DNA of 64,000 nucleotides from Eledone cirrhosa (taxonomy: Eukaryota): the NCBI GenBank assembly GCA_964016885.1, contig OZ024742.1, forward strand, positions 170,128,001-170,192,000, written 5' to 3'. The position numbers were made by a program, and so were the translations under genes. The notes beneath the pieces were generated by a model. That model made no database searches and was not told where the DNA came from. It saw nothing but the letters and a program-made list of their open reading frames with translations. Positions 1 through 14,590 of the stretch are shown here, piece by piece. Each line of letters begins with the position of its first letter. Positions within the stretch are counted from its first letter, which is position 1.

Positions 1-1055
1 ACAACACCACCACTACTATATTCCACAACACTACCACTACTATATTCCACAACACTACCACTACTATATTCCACAACACCACCACTACTATATTCCACAA
101 CACCACCACTACTATATTCCACAACACTACCACTACTATATTCTACAACACCACTACTACTATATTCCACAACACTACCACTACTATATTCCACAACACT
201 ACCACTACTATATTCCACAACACCACCACTACTATATTCCACAACACTACCACTACTATATTCCACAACACTACCACTACTATATTCCACAACACTACCA
301 CTACTATATTCCACAACACTACCACTACTATATTCCACAACACTACCACTACTATATTCTACAGCACCACCACTACTATATTCCACAACACCACCACTAC
401 TATATTCCACAACACTACCACTACTATATTCCACAACACTACCACTACTATATTCCACAACACTACCACTACTATATTCCACAACACTACCACTACTATA
501 TTCTACAGCACCACCACTACTATATTCCACAACACCACCACTACTATATTCCACAACACTACCCCTACTATATTCCACAACACCACCACTACTATATTCC
601 ACAACACTACCACTACTATATTCCACAACACTACCACTACTATATTCCACAACACTACCACTACTATATTCCACAACACTACCACTACTATATTCCACAA
701 CACCACCACTACTATATTCCACAACACTACCACTACTATATTCCACAACACTACCACTACTATATTCCACAACACTACCACTACTATATTCCACAACACC
801 ACCACTACTATATTCCACAACACCACCACTACTATATTCCACAACACCACCACTACTATATTTCACAACACTACCACTACTATATTCCACAACACTACCA
901 CTACTATATTCTATAGCACTATTATTTCTATATTCTATAATACTTACTACTATATTTCACAACACTATAACTACAACATTTCACAACACCACCACTACTA
1001 CATTTCACAACACCACCACTACTACTACATTCCACAACACCACCACTACTATATT
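1..1055. repeat. 24-bp tandem minisatellite (CCACTACTATATTCCACAACACYA), about 38 near-perfect copies then a degenerate edge; runs off the window start
   Basis: Directly visible 24-bp period; the VVVVLWNI ORFs are its translation. Confidence 0.97.
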
Positions 1056-1519
1056 TTAACTGCTTAGTTTTATCAATGGCAGCTGTTCATTTTATAGATA
1101 GTAAAAAAATGTGTTTGTTCCAGTTACTACTGAATTACTGTATGATCTTGACCTACAGACAGATAGACAACTCCACTGACTGAAAGTTTGAGGAAACCCA
1201 TGCTGATTAATGACTAATAGCAGACCAAATAGTATTACAACAAATACAAATACAACTACTACTACTGCACCTACATTTGTATTTTTTTTCTACTATGAAT
1301 ATAATAAGCAAGTGTGTGTTGATGCTTCTTGCCAAGAATTAGCAATCCTAACCTTGAAACACACTTGAGAGAGCAGTCAGTTTAAACTCGTTTGAACAGA
1401 AAAAGGTGAGAGAATTCTTGCTGGATATGGCCGGTTTAAATGCTAAAGGGTTAAATTAAAATCTTTCAAGAAGATTTGATATAAAGACCTTTTGTTAAAT
1501 TATGTTACAAATACTATTC

Positions 1520-2035
1520 TTCTTCTTCATCCACTTATTCCTGAGAAGGTCATGGGGGAAAAGTACTCAAAAACTCCTTCCAGCAGATCCTGTCAGAAGC
1601 AACTGTCTCCAACTGATCTGGCCAGATCTCCAGTGAGACCAGCCAAACTCATGGATATTATCCAGCCATCTTGCTCAGGGTTTATCCCTGGATCTCATGG
1701 ATGCTCTCCAACCATCTTGCTCGGAGTCTACTCCTGGATTTCTTACCAGCTGGTTTTGCCCATAATATCTGTCCAGTGATTCTTTCTTGAGATATTCTAA
1801 CCTCATGTCCATAGAATCAGAGCTGTGATCTCTCAATTTGGAGAAATAGTGGCTCTACTTAGAGGAGACTCTCTGATCTCTGAGCTATGCATTCTGAGTA
1901 ACGTTACTCCAAAGACCCTTCGGAGGAACCCCATTTCGGCTGCTTGTATTTGTATTCTTCCGGTCATTACCCAAGATTCATGACCAAGGGTTGGCATGAA
2001 TACCGAATTGAAGATAGCAATTTTAGCTTTTACGC
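1520..2035 (-). mobile_element. Decayed RTE-clade LINE 3' fragment
   Basis: Reverse-complement similar to 23480-23890 and 26760-27190; ends in a (TTC)n/(GAA)n tail. Confidence 0.7.
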
Positions 2036-2311
2036 CTTTACATAAAATTATGATGGAAGATATTAAATAAAATATGTAAACACTTTATCATAAACAGTTT
2101 TGTAATGTAGAAACAGGGGTGGCTTCAGGTGTTTTGGTATTAAAACAGTTAATGCTGTGAAGTTTTTTTACTGCTTCTTCTGGAAAAGAGACACAGTTAT
2201 CTTATGGTAAACACATATCAATCAAAATTATTTTATTGGAATTAATATGTATGTGTTATATAAGAATGAAAGATGTTTTTTTATGAATGACTACAAGAAG
2301 TTATATTAATA

Positions 2312-2490
2312 ATAATTGTTTCTACTTTTGGCACAAGGCCAGCAATTACCCAGTATATTACTGGTACTTTATTTTATCGACCTCGTAAGGATGAAAGGTA
2401 AAGTTAACCTCGGCAGGATTTGAACTCAGTCCGTAAAGGGACGTAACTGTGCTGCAAAACATGGCGACCGACCCTCTACCGATACTGTCA
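2312..2490 (-). mobile_element. tRNA-derived SINE, family A
   Basis: Minus strand reads B-box GAGTTCAAATCC, core CTTTCATCCTTACGAGGTCGATAAAATAAAGTACC, 3' GCTGGCCTTGTGCC and (ATT)n tail. Confidence 0.85.
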
Positions 2491-2512
2491 ATGATGACAC
2501 CTTGACAGTTAT

Positions 2513-2706
2513 AATAATAATGATCCCTGATTTTAAGCACAAGGCCAGCAATTTTGGGGCAGGGGAAAGTCGATGAAATCAACCCCAGTGCATTACAGGT
2601 AATTTATTTTAATGACCCCGTAAGGATGAAAGGCAAAGCTAACCTGAGCGGGATTTAAACTCAGAACATAAAAGGACGTAACTATATGCCACAAAGAATG
2701 TCGTCC

Positions 2707-2710
<4 letters not shown>
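2513..2710 (-). mobile_element. SINE family A, tandem second copy
   Basis: Same core and tail motifs. Confidence 0.8.
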
Positions 2711-2738
<28 letters not shown>

Positions 2739-3324
2739 TATTAGCTTCTGATTGTTTTAATAATGGCCAGTTCTAACGAGTCTCCTAATAGTACATATTA
2801 GCATTCCATTCATTTTTAAGTTACTTATTTTTATTCTAAATGAAATAAAATCCTAATTTACTGGTAGTAGTTAGTTTACGCTTTAGTATGTTGTTTGATA
2901 AGTAGTCATGCTAGTGTTATATTGCTGAGTCAACATATTTACTTCCTTTCATCAGTGGAGGTTTGCTTGGTCGGTGTTGACTCACAGTTTTTCAGCTAAT
3001 GTAAAATTAGATTGTCTTGCCATTGTCATCACCATTGTCATCACCATTGTCTACTATAATTCTAGCTTCTGAATTGCAGGAGAAAAGAAAAGAAAATTTT
3101 ATTATTTTATTGTTATAAGATTTGCCCTCTCTATCTCTCACTCATTAGCCAAATATAAACTCTATTACACACACGCATTAACCAAATACACACATACCTC
3201 TTTCTCTCTTTCAGTTTGGTAAATTAATGGAAAAACAAAATGAATTATTCATATTCATAGTCAACTAGGTGAAGGCATGTTTAAGGCTTGAGATGCTAAA
3301 GAATCCAAAGTATAATCTTATATA

Positions 3325-3590
3325 CAGGGAAACATAGATATTGAGATCCTATATTCAAGGAAAAATAGCTATTGATGAAGGAAAAATAGCTATTGATGAA
3401 GGAAAAATCGCTATTGATGTCTAAAGCATAGTCGTATAGACAAGGAAACAGCTATTAATGTAAAAAATGTGGTCCTATATCGAAGGAAACATAGTTATTG
3501 ATCCCTAAAGTGTAGTCCTATATACAAGGAAACGTAGCTATTGATGTTCAAAGTGTGGTCCTATATAGAAGGAAACATAGCTATTAGTTA
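3325..3590. repeat. Degenerate minisatellite of about 56 bp (GGAAACATAGCTATTGAT...GTCCTATATA) with internal 21-bp duplications
   Basis: Motif recurs about 7 times. Confidence 0.75.
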
Positions 3591-3967
3591 AGGACCAATT
3601 GGCAGAATGTGTTTGTCATTTTGACTGTGGGGTTCAGCTGAAATATACCAAGGTGTAGAGTCTGCTGCTCCTTCATCCTTCCCCTTAGTTTCGTTATTTA
3701 ATTTCTTTTTTCTTTCTTTCTTTTTTATTGCATACATTACATAATTTAATTGAAATCTGTTGAATAAAATGTTCTCATTGGTAAAAGAATCAGGCGAAAT
3801 ATCTTGTGATATTTGTTCTGGCTTTTTAAGTTCAAAGAAAATAAAACAAACAATAAAATCATGTGCTCTGGTGCCAAAACACATTAACTTACAATGGAAC
3901 AAGCTAATAAGGGGGATCTTTTGTAGAGTCACTTGAACTGCTAGACATAGCAGTCAAATCTCCTAAA

Positions 3968-4163
<196 letters not shown>

Positions 4164-5284
4164 CTATTTAAAAAAAAACATGCAAAGACTGTAAACTCTA
4201 AATGAAAAAGTATTGTTTTTTTAATAGAAATATAGGATGTGAGTTCTGTTTAAGTTTTTATATAATTTCTCTAATTATGGGGGATTTAATGTAGATTATT
4301 ATTAGACTAATTATTATATTTGGTTTTATTACACAAATGTCATTGAAGTTTAGATATCTGTTGAATGTTATAACTTTAAGGTTTTGAGAACTTTTAATGA
4401 TTTCAGAATTTATGTACTATTTTATTTGTTAATCCTTATAACATGCTTGAATTCTAAATGTGATATTTAATAAGTGCATTGAAGCCATTTAACAATTTCA
4501 TTATCACATTTCTAATGAAATACTTTGTAATTTAATTAATGAAGAATTCAAGAAGGATTTACTGACATCATAATTTTATTAAGATGGTATTTGTAACATA
4601 ACAAAATGTTCTAATATAAATTTATGTTGGTAGGTTTTAATTTAAGTAGGAACCCTTTAAAATGAGTGGTTTTGTTTCATTGAAGCAGAGCTGGTTTGGG
4701 GCAGGTTAGTATTAAAAGGGTTAAGAGATATTGTACTATAAAGTAAATAAAGCTGTTGAACCATCTTTCAATTTAGATTAGAGAACAGTTAGTTGGAGTG
4801 TGTTTATTCTGTAGAGATTCTAACAAGATTAAACTTTACTTCACTTTGTCCTAGTTGTTGTCGTTGTTGTGGGAGCCCTGTCATCATTTCTGAGGACTGA
4901 AATAAACATGTAAGTGGCTGAGCATTCCACAGACATGTGTACTCATATGATGAATGGTTTTAAATGGGTAGTTTTGTATCATAGTACTAGAGATAGTTCC
5001 AGATGGTTTGATACCAAGAGGGTTAATTTATTATTGCGAGTTAACGTAATACTTGTCACTTCTAAAAGCTACCACTGTTTACATGTATACAGCTGTAGGT
5101 TGTTCTTAGCCAGCCTGCAGTTTCAGCATAAGTTGTTTCATCAGTGATTAATTATAATGATCAGATCCACACCATTTTAGCTTCCATTTTCTTGGCCTCA
5201 TGGTACATAGGTATTACAACATCACCACCACCACTACACTTTCATTATGAGGTCAAATAATTCAGGTGACCAGGTCTTGCTCAT

Positions 5285-5615
5285 ATGGTCCATTTTTTTG
5301 TCTTGGTTTTCTATGGCTGGATACCCTTCTTAATGGCAACTACTTTACAGTCACCAGTGCAACAACTTTACAGGGTAGACTGGATGCTTTTTGTCATGTC
5401 ATCTGTACAACCACCATATAGAATGGCCTGGGTATTTTGTCATAGCACCAGCACAACAACTTTACAGAGTACTGGGTGCTTTTGTCATGGCACCAGTACA
5501 ACCACATTACAAGGCAGACAGGATGCTTTTCATTGTAGCATCAGCAATATTATCTTACAGGGTAGACTGGGTGCTTTTTGTTATAGCACTGGCACTAATA
5601 TCTTACAGGCACCTC
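5285..5615. repeat. Dispersed repeat with internal 35-40 bp subunits (ACTTTACAGGGTAGACTGG...GCACCA); relatives at 8620-8720 and 12340-12520
   Basis: Near-identical block at 5350-5470 and 8620-8720. Confidence 0.65.
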
Positions 5616-6779
5616 TAGATATTAAACAGTAATGATGATGATGAGAATGATGATGATGAGCCTGGAAGAGATAAGTCAGAGTTGACTTTGAATGGAATTT
5701 GAACACAACATATAGAACAGGAACAAATGCTTCCACATTTTGTCCAATACTCTGCCATTTCTGCCAATCTAGTGAACATTTTATGAAGAAGCCATCTGAA
5801 TTTGATTCAGTTAACTGTGGAGCGAGAAAAGGTCAATGGGTAGACAATATAGTTATTTGGTCCTCCTTTGCTTTAGTTTGTTTTAATCTAACCAACATAT
5901 GTTAGTATTGATGATGTTGTTGCTTTAATCTCCTTTTGTAGACTGAGTCATGGAGTCGTGTCACTCCTTTACCAGAATGGCAGACAGTGCAGTGCAATAG
6001 ACACTCGTAACTGCTACCTCATGGCTTCACCCTGTGTGGCTTAGTTGAAATGTGATGATGATGGTGATGATGGTGGTGGTAGGGGTGGTCATGATGATTC
6101 TAGGGATGGTGGTGGTGATGGTGGGGTCCATCCCCTCATTCACTTCATCTCATCATTCTGCAACCATATGCATTTATATTTGCATTGATGCATGAATAGT
6201 GTATTAAGTTATATACACACACACACACACACTTTCATATCATATACACACATACATACATACACATAAACTTGCTTCAGCATGTAAACATCCAGATACA
6301 AATATATAACACATGTAAAAAATAACTAAACCCCCCCCCCCCCCCCCATATATATATAATTATGTATTTATACCAGTATATATTTATACATGCATAATAG
6401 ACCAGAGGGTATATTAATTATTTTTTTTATATGAATGTATATTTAGACTTGCTCTGAAATAATTTTGTTCTCTGTAACCTCTTGAGAAATCTACAGTTGT
6501 AACAACTGAAAGATCACAATTTTGACATGGTTAAGTCTAATACACCAGCCATTAATCACAACCACACCTGTATTCTCTATATTTATTATTGTATTTTCAC
6601 AGTATGAGATTTTGATATTATTTATTTTCATATAATATGAGATTTTGATATTATTTATTTTGAAAACAATACCTTAACATAAGAATGAGCAGTTGGGTAT
6701 TGCCGGTTTGAACAGAAGGAGGTGAGAGAATTCTGGCTGGATATGGCTGGTTTAAATGCTAATGGGTTAAGTCAGATTT

Positions 6780-7230
6780 TATGGCAGAACATAATTGAAT
6801 GGTTAAGATGTTCACTTCACAATTATTAGGCCCAAGTTCGATATCATTGTACAGTACCTCGGACATGTCATTTACCATAGCCATGGCTCAACCCATGCCT
6901 TGTGAGTAAAATTAGGTAGACAGAAACTGCATGGCAGCCTGTTGGATGGACTTTACCTGTAATACAAAGGGCCATTTCGTATCATACTGTATCATGTTAA
7001 ATATCCCTCAAAATTACATTGAGTACATGCGTATGTGGAATGCTCAGCTATTTAAACTGTCATACAAAAGGCCATCCTTGTCACATACTGTATCATGCTG
7101 AATCTCCCTGAAAATTACATTAAAGACACACATGTCTATAGAATGCTGAGCCACTTACATGTTAATTTCGTGAGCAGGCAGTTCTGTTGATTGAATAACT
7201 AGAACACACATTGTCAAATTCGATGGACAT
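6780..7230 (+). mobile_element. SINE family B (tRNA-like head; 3' body TGCTGAATCTCCCTGA...GAATGCTCAGCCACTT...GTTAATTTC) with an internal duplication
   Basis: Body shared with 7790-7950, 10560-10740 and 52245-52400. Confidence 0.7.
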
Positions 7231-7280
7231 TCATTCTATTGCTTAGTCAATTTGTATGTGTATGTATGTATGAGTGTGTG

Positions 7281-7325
<45 letters not shown>

Positions 7326-7669
7326 CCATTCATTGACTGTAGCATGCAATCATTTAATTATTAACACTCAGTGTATCACTTTGATTTCATAAGATGAATT
7401 CATTGGATGTATGTTCATAATTAGTGTCGTGCCATACTGAGCCAGATTGAGTACTGGCCTAATGTCAGGAAGTTGTGTAGTTGTGTGAGTTCTATGTTGT
7501 GTGTCTATTAGAAGGGGCTAAGGAAACTGACCAACCCAGTTAGAGCTGCTGGGTACATATGATGAAACTGCCATCATCAGTTTAGGCAATGACCACTCAG
7601 TTATTGGATCAATTGGTCATTTGATTTGTGAATTAATGTGTAAGTGACTGGTTGTTCCACAGACAAGGT

Positions 7670-8155
7670 ATGTGGCTTACTGTTTAGGGATGTAAGGCCA
7701 TGGATTTGATTCAGCTAAAAGTCAAATCCATGGCCTTAGCACTTTATTTCCTGTTCCTCCTGTCCACTCAACTGGCAAATAGGAGTTGTGTCTGTAATTC
7801 AAAGAGCCAGTCATGTCAGACTCTGTGTCAAGCTGAATCTTCCTGATAACTATGTTAAGAGTACACAAGTCTGTGGAATGTTCAGCCACTTGCATGTTAA
7901 TTTTACAAGCATTTTTTTCATGTTGCTCAAACAACTGGAGCACTACTTGTCGGAACTGACACAACACATACATTTCACAGACATGTGCGCCCTTAACATA
8001 GTTCTGAGGGAGATTCTGCATAACACAGTGTGTGGCCACTCACACAGCGTGGGTCAGCCCAAAGCTATTATCAAGATATTTGCTCAAAATGTCACACAGT
8101 GGAATCAAACCCAGGATCTAATGAATGTGTCATGAACTTCTTAACCACTCTGCTA
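7670..8155. mobile_element. Two family B SINE fragments in opposite orientation (plus 7670-7950, minus 7970-8155)
   Basis: Shared body motifs on opposite strands. Confidence 0.6.
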
Positions 8156-8245
8156 TGCTTGCATCCTAGCTAGACATGAATGTCATGTAGAGGTGCAGTA
8201 GTGTACTGTATGCAGTTAGATTCACCATATAATTAGTGTATTTCA

Positions 8246-8530
8246 TTAGTTTGTAGAGTTACAGTTCAGTACCGTATGCAACCAGGTGTACCATATATCC
8301 AATCCAAGCCAGAGTCTTTTCACTTCTGTTGAAGGAATCCCTCCCTGGTTGACCACTACCGCTTTCTGTTTGGTTTTGGTCCTGTCAGGAATGCAGCCAT
8401 ACTCATCATGCTTGGCCAGAGTCTGGTAGGGGAGCCAACCACTTGACCATGAAGCAGGTTGCAGACTGAATCCTGACCTGACCATATATCTGTTGACTAT
8501 TTCATTAGCTTGCAATGCTGAACTCAAATC
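8246..8530 (-). CDS. Candidate coding exon of an unidentified host gene (DLSSALQANEIVNRYMVRSGF...KRLWLGLDIWYTWLHT)
   Basis: Unique, GC-richer segment. Minus-strand polypyrimidine tract TTTTCCTGTTTTTTGTAAG is followed by one frame open for about 95 codons while the other two close quickly. No homology recognised. Confidence 0.3.
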   Translation of the reverse strand, partial: DLSSALQANEIVNRYMVRSGFSLQPASWSSGWLPYQTLAKHDEYGCIPDRTKTKQKAVVVNQGGIPSTEVKRLWLGLDIWYTWLHTVLNCNSTN

Positions 8531-9515
8531 CTTACAAAAAACAGGAAAATAGCAATGTGTATTGATATCATTGGGGCCTTAATTTCTCCTAGCTTTACAT
8601 TCACCAGTGCAACAACTTTACAGGGTAAACTGGGTGCTTTTTGTCATGTCATCTGCACAATCACTATATAGAATGGCCTGGGTATTTTGTCATAACATCA
8701 GCACAACCACTTTACAGAGTTTACAAAACTGTTTATTTCAATGTGTTTATATTTATTTAAAACACTTTCATAGTAATTAAATGTAAAAACCATTACAAAG
8801 TTATGTTCCAAAAACCAGATACATAATGAGAAAGCTGGTCACATTATTCAATTCCTTCAAATTATTGACTATTTTGAAATGTATTTGAAAAGCATTTATT
8901 TTTAAAAAGTTTATATTTATCTAAAAACCTTCTATCATAATTTTATGTAAGAACCTTTATTAAGTTATGTTCCAAATATCAGAGAAATAATGAGAAAGTT
9001 AGTCATTACTAAATCCCTTCACATTCTTGATTATTTTCAAAATGATTTGAAAATCATAGGAAGTGTCTTTCATTAGAAAGAGGTAATGAATGGGTTAAAG
9101 TGATAATATTTATTTAAAAAAAAAAGCTTCCATCATAATATGTTTATTAAGTTAAGTTCCAAACACTGGATAAATATAGAGGAAGTTGGTTATATTACTA
9201 AATATTGTCAAATTCTTGATTATTTTAAAGATTATTTGAAAATCATAAGAAGGACACTTCCTATGATTTTCAATAGAAATATGGTAATGAAAGGGTTAAC
9301 AGTAAAATAATGTAAATTTTGAATGCTTAAAATATTTTGAGCTGTGATATGATTAGGGCCTTAAAGGGTTAATAAACATCTTGAAAATGTAGGAATTAAT
9401 CACTCTTTATGCTTGGCATATTTTCATACAGTCATACATCATTGACTTTTTTTTAATCCTTAGCTTAGAAAGCAGAATATGACTGTTTCTTCAAGCTTGC
9501 AGAGAATGTTTTGTC

Positions 9516-9551
<36 letters not shown>

Positions 9552-9984
9552 AATATCTGTCTGTTTCTTTCTTTCTTTCTCTGTGTCTGTTTCTCTCTCT
9601 CTCTCCTTCACTCACCCCGTTTTCTGTCCACTTTATTTCATTTCCCCCCTCTCTGTCTCACTCTCTTTCTATCCCCCTCCTATCTCTCTGCCTCCCCCTG
9701 TCTCTACCTCCACGCTCCCTATAATCTACTATCAGTTTTTCTTCTGTAAATTTAACATGAACATTACAATATTTTTGTAAATAAAAACAGTGGTTATAGT
9801 TTCTTACTCATAAATTAGCACCAAATTTGGAACTTCTCTGTTCAATGTTCCAATTCTTTGAGAGCCAATATAACTATTCTGGAACTATTTAGATCAGGGA
9901 TCTGCAAACTATTTTTCTATGGCCTATGGCAAAACAATTTTTGTGACTCATATTTTATTAAAACTTGGTATGTTTTCCCAATTT

Positions 9985-10170
9985 TAATAATTGTTTCTAC
10001 TTTGGCACAATTTTCCCAGTGTATTACTGGTACTTTATTTTATCGACCCCGTAAGGATGAAAGGCAAAGTTAACCTCGGCGGGATTTGAACTTACATCAT
10101 AAAGGGCCATAACTTTTTGCTGCAAAGCATGGCATCCGACCCTCTACCGATACTGCCAATCCACCGCCCT
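9985..10170 (-). mobile_element. SINE family A
   Basis: Head, B-box and core motifs present. Confidence 0.85.
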
Positions 10171-10559
10171 AATTTCCCAGTTTTAATAATATTTATAGTA
10201 CAATCCATTGAGATTTACATATGAAATATAATAAAATGGAAAAAATGGCATTTATCAAAAGTGAAAATGAAAAGCAGGGTAAAAGTAAAAACAGAATCAA
10301 GGAAAATTTGAATCAGAAAACATGTCTCCCCTGCATTTTGTACTAATTTACATATCCTACTTACTATCAAATGTGTATTCATTTTGATGAGAAATAAATA
10401 ATAAATAGCAGCCTATCAGCTGTATTGTAGATTAGCATTATAACTGGTAATAATCATGTCCCCACCTTCTCAGCTCACTTTTGACTAGCTGTACCCCTTC
10501 CACAGGACATAATGGCTTTTTTGAGTCATTGGGTTTGAGATCTAAGTGACAAAAATGAG

Positions 10560-10740
10560 CTGTACATGTAATTCAAGGGACCAGCCTTGTAACACAGTGT
10601 CATGTTGAATCTTTTTGAGAATTACATTAAGGGTACATATGTTTGTGGAATGCTCAGCCACTTTCACTAATTTCATTAGCAGGCTGTTCTGTTGGTTGAA
10701 CAACTAGAATACTCATTGCCAAGCATGATGGATGTCCATC
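10560..10740 (+). mobile_element. SINE family B 3' body
   Basis: Matches 7060-7230. Confidence 0.65.
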
Positions 10741-10894
10741 GTGCATCTGCACACACACAACACACACCTGCAAGTCATCATCATCATTTAATGTCCACTT
10801 TCTCTGCTAGCAAGGGTTGGATGAGGCTTCACAAATGGAGTCAGTATAGGGGTGTGTGTTATGATGTTATGGATCTCTATATTGCTGAGTAAAA

Positions 10895-11050
10895 TGGTTG
10901 GTATTAGGAAGGGCATCTGGCCATAGAAAACCTGCCAGGGACAGTTCTGTACGAGCGAGACACAGTCTCCTGATCAATCCCTCCTCGAGTCGAACAAAAC
11001 CGTCCAACCCATGCTAGCGTAGAAGATGGATATTAAATGATGATGATGAT
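10895..11050 (+). mobile_element. RTE-type 3'-tail element (GGAAGGGCATC...CCAACCCATGCTAGC...TTAAATGATGATG); relatives at 22260-22430, 16350-16440, 12240-12290 (-) and 19880-19990 (-)
   Basis: Recurrent tail ending in (GAT)n. Confidence 0.65.
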
Positions 11051-13780
11051 GGTATGTATGTATATATATATATACTGAGAGAGAGAGAGAGAAATATACA
11101 CACATCTGTGTTTGTATATATATATGGTAATATTGGAGTTTTGCAATATAGATCATATTGTAACATATGTAGAATTAAAATTATGTTTTAAGTATAACTT
11201 GGTTACTCTCTCTCATGACACACACACACATCTATCATCATCATAATTTAGTTGAGTTTGGTTTTGTTTTGAATCTTCTGTAGTTCATTTATTATCATGA
11301 ATAAATGTTCTGTCTGGAAGAATGTCTCCATCCATACAAGATTACCATTACTTATTTGAATATCAAGGATGCTTACTTTAGTCCTATTTCTGTTTCTACA
11401 ATGGAGAACTGTTCCTTTCTTTACTCCTTCACTTGATTGTTGTACTTATAACAAAGATATTCTTGTTGCTACTACTTGGCTCTATTATGGCTGTTTCTCT
11501 TACCTCTTGATATAATCACTTAATTTCTATTCAGAACGAACTCAACTGAATAATTATGGAGAGTTCTAAGAAGCTGCGTTTTTGTTTTCCATTTTTTACT
11601 CTTCTCATTCTCTCATTCATTTAGGTATTTTATCAAAAGTAGGTTGTAATAATCTACCATGAATTATTTACCTAAAATTATCTGAGTTTTTTTTTTTCTT
11701 TTTCTGTTTTTTAAAGCATGAATGTGTGTTTTTTTCTGGCAGCTATCTTTGCTTTCATTGTTTCTAATATGTCTCCTATAAGAGTTACTTGAAACAAAGC
11801 CACCTGCTGCACATGAACAACCCTTCACAATGTCAACACTCTTTCTGATATTAGCCCAGTCTGTAATATATTAGTGTTAAAAATTATTTGTTAATGCTTC
11901 TTGTGTCCCAGAGAAAAAAAGACACACAATTTAGCTATTGTTTTTAGAGTCTAGTGTTATCTCTACTATCTCAATAATGATTAATGTAATAAATGAGGTG
12001 CGTGCTAAGTATTAACTATTCACGTTTGTAAACATACATAGTCACGTATACATAAATGTATACAAGAATATGCACATACATTAATACACATACGTACACC
12101 CACATAAATACACACATGTACACTCATTTTTTTGCTTTCAGTATATATCTGTCTTTGTTGTTTTTGTTTTATATAGATACATATCTTTACATTATTTTGG
12201 TATGTTAACATAGTTTTAATAGTTCTGATAATATGGATATCACCATCATCATATGACTATTTTCCATGCTTGCATGGGTTAGATGGGTTGCCATGCTCTG
12301 TGTCTAGAGTGACAGGTAAGATAACTGTCTTGTTCATAATTCCATTTTAACATGGTTTCTACAGTGAGATGTCCTTCCTAATGCCAACCATTTCATGGTG
12401 TGTACCAGCTGCATTTTAACATAGCACCACCACTAACACCTGACAGGGTAGACTGGTTGCATTTTATTGTAGAACCAGCAGTACCACTTTACAGATTGGC
12501 CTGGGTGCAGTTTATTGTGGCACTATGATATGTTTGTGTTATTAAAGCTAACAGTTTTATAAATTTGCTATCCTATAGAAAGGTGCTCACTTTCAGTATA
12601 TGTGAAGTATTGTTGTATAAGGAAATTGATGAAGGCTTTTTAACAATGCTTAATGAGGAAAATAAATTTCTTCTCAATATTTCAAATGCTCGTCCCTTCA
12701 ACCTCCATAGGTTAAGGCAGCCATAGGTACACAATATGTGTGTCATGAAAGATACCATGATGATGATAAGACCACTCTCTTCCCCAGGTATTGGTGACTG
12801 TTGGCTCCTCAATGAGATATTCTGCCATGCCTTAATGTAGTTTATTTTTAATCTGGATGAGAACAGAAACAACCTAGGCTTTAAAGAGATATCAAATTCT
12901 AATCATCTTCTTGAAACATTTACATATCCGAACACAAAAGATCCAAACTTCACTGCCTTCGTCTCTTCCACTCTCCCCATCTTTCACTATTATGAGCAAA
13001 TGGGGGCTCACATGCTGGCTGTCCCGGAGCCCTGGCGGACTGGTCGCCGGACAGAATAGAGAGGGTGCTTCCCTGGAGGATAGTGAGGGAGACTCGCTGG
13101 AAGAGCTATTCCAGCTTGCGAGGCTCATGTCCACAAACCTAGTGAACTGGGTTTGTTGCCAACTACCCAAACAAGAGACAGGTTGTACTGGATGACATGG
13201 TACTACTAGTAGCAGGTAAAACTTGATATAATTTTGACTTTATACTAAATCATCTGAAACTGTCCTTTTTTTTAAAGTGTTTATATTTCGTTTTAAAGTG
13301 TTTATACTTCGTTTTAAAGTGTTTATATTTATCTAAAAAACTTCCCTTGTAACTTTAAGTAAGAACCTTTAAGTTATGCTTCAAACACCCTTTTAATATA
13401 GAGAAAGTTAGTTATATTATTAAATCCTTCCAATTTCTTGATTGTTTTCAAAATTATTTGAAAATCATTGGCAAAGTCTTTCATGAAAAATATGGTAAGG
13501 AATGATTTAGCAGAATATTTAGAATAGGAATAATTGATATCAGATTCATTCCAATGAAAGTTCTCTTTTAGTTCTCTGATTTAACTGGTTCCTTCCAAAA
13601 TCAGGCCATTTGAAGCTCAGTAACTGTACCTTGCCATGTTTGTTTCCTGTTTTGATTACATTACAATTCCATGGTTAATCCTTTTGATGAAATTCTTCTC
13701 TTGTTTAGTCAAGACACCATTATTTCTCTTCAATATGTCTTGAATTAAGAAGCTGACCTATAAGAACTTGCACCCCCCCC

Positions 13781-13818
<38 letters not shown>

Positions 13819-14129
13819 TGTTATACTTTGGGAGAGTCGTGTGTGTGTGTATTTTATTTTTACAGTTTGTCCTTTGGTATAAAATCTTATACTTTAACTT
13901 CCACTTAACTTCCCCTATGATCTAAAACTATTCAAGATGGAAAGTATTAAAAGTAATTTTGCCTGATTGAGTTCAATAGGTTATCATTTAACAAAGACTT
14001 CCAGATATTACACTATAGAAGTTCATATGATCACTTTTACATTCAATTCTCTAGTGGTTTATATCAACCCTCACCCACCATATCAAATAAAAAGTATTAT
14101 TATTGCTATTATCATTATTATTATCATAG

Positions 14130-14590
14130 AAGGTGGTGGATTGGCAGTATGTGTCAGACAACATACTTTGTGGTATATGGTTACATCTCTTTACATTCTG
14201 TGTTCAAATCCTGCCAACGTTAGTTTTGCCGTTCATCCTTATGGGGTCAATAAATAGAAGCACCAGTAACGCACTGGGATCGATTTAATTGACTTTCCCC
14301 TCCCCAAAATTGCTGGCCTTGTGCCTAAATCTGAAACCAATATTATTATTATTATAAGCTAATAAGGGCAGTAAATTTTCAGAATTGGTAGAGCATTAGA
14401 TAAGATGCCATCACTGTATTTGTTCTGGTGCTTTACATTCTGATTTCAAATCTTACCATGGTCAACTTTGCTGTTCATCCTTCCAGGGTCAGTAAAATAA
14501 AGTACCAATAAAATACTGGGGCTAATTTAATCAAACTTTGCTTTCCCCCAACAAATTTGCTGACACTGTCTCTAAATTAGAAATCATTAT
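14130..14590 (+). mobile_element. Two tandem family A SINEs
   Basis: Two head/B-box/core sets. Confidence 0.8.

Noticed and set aside
1-900. CRISPR-like array or repetitive VVVVLWNI protein
   Set aside because: No unique spacers; head-to-tail 24-bp minisatellite in eukaryotic DNA
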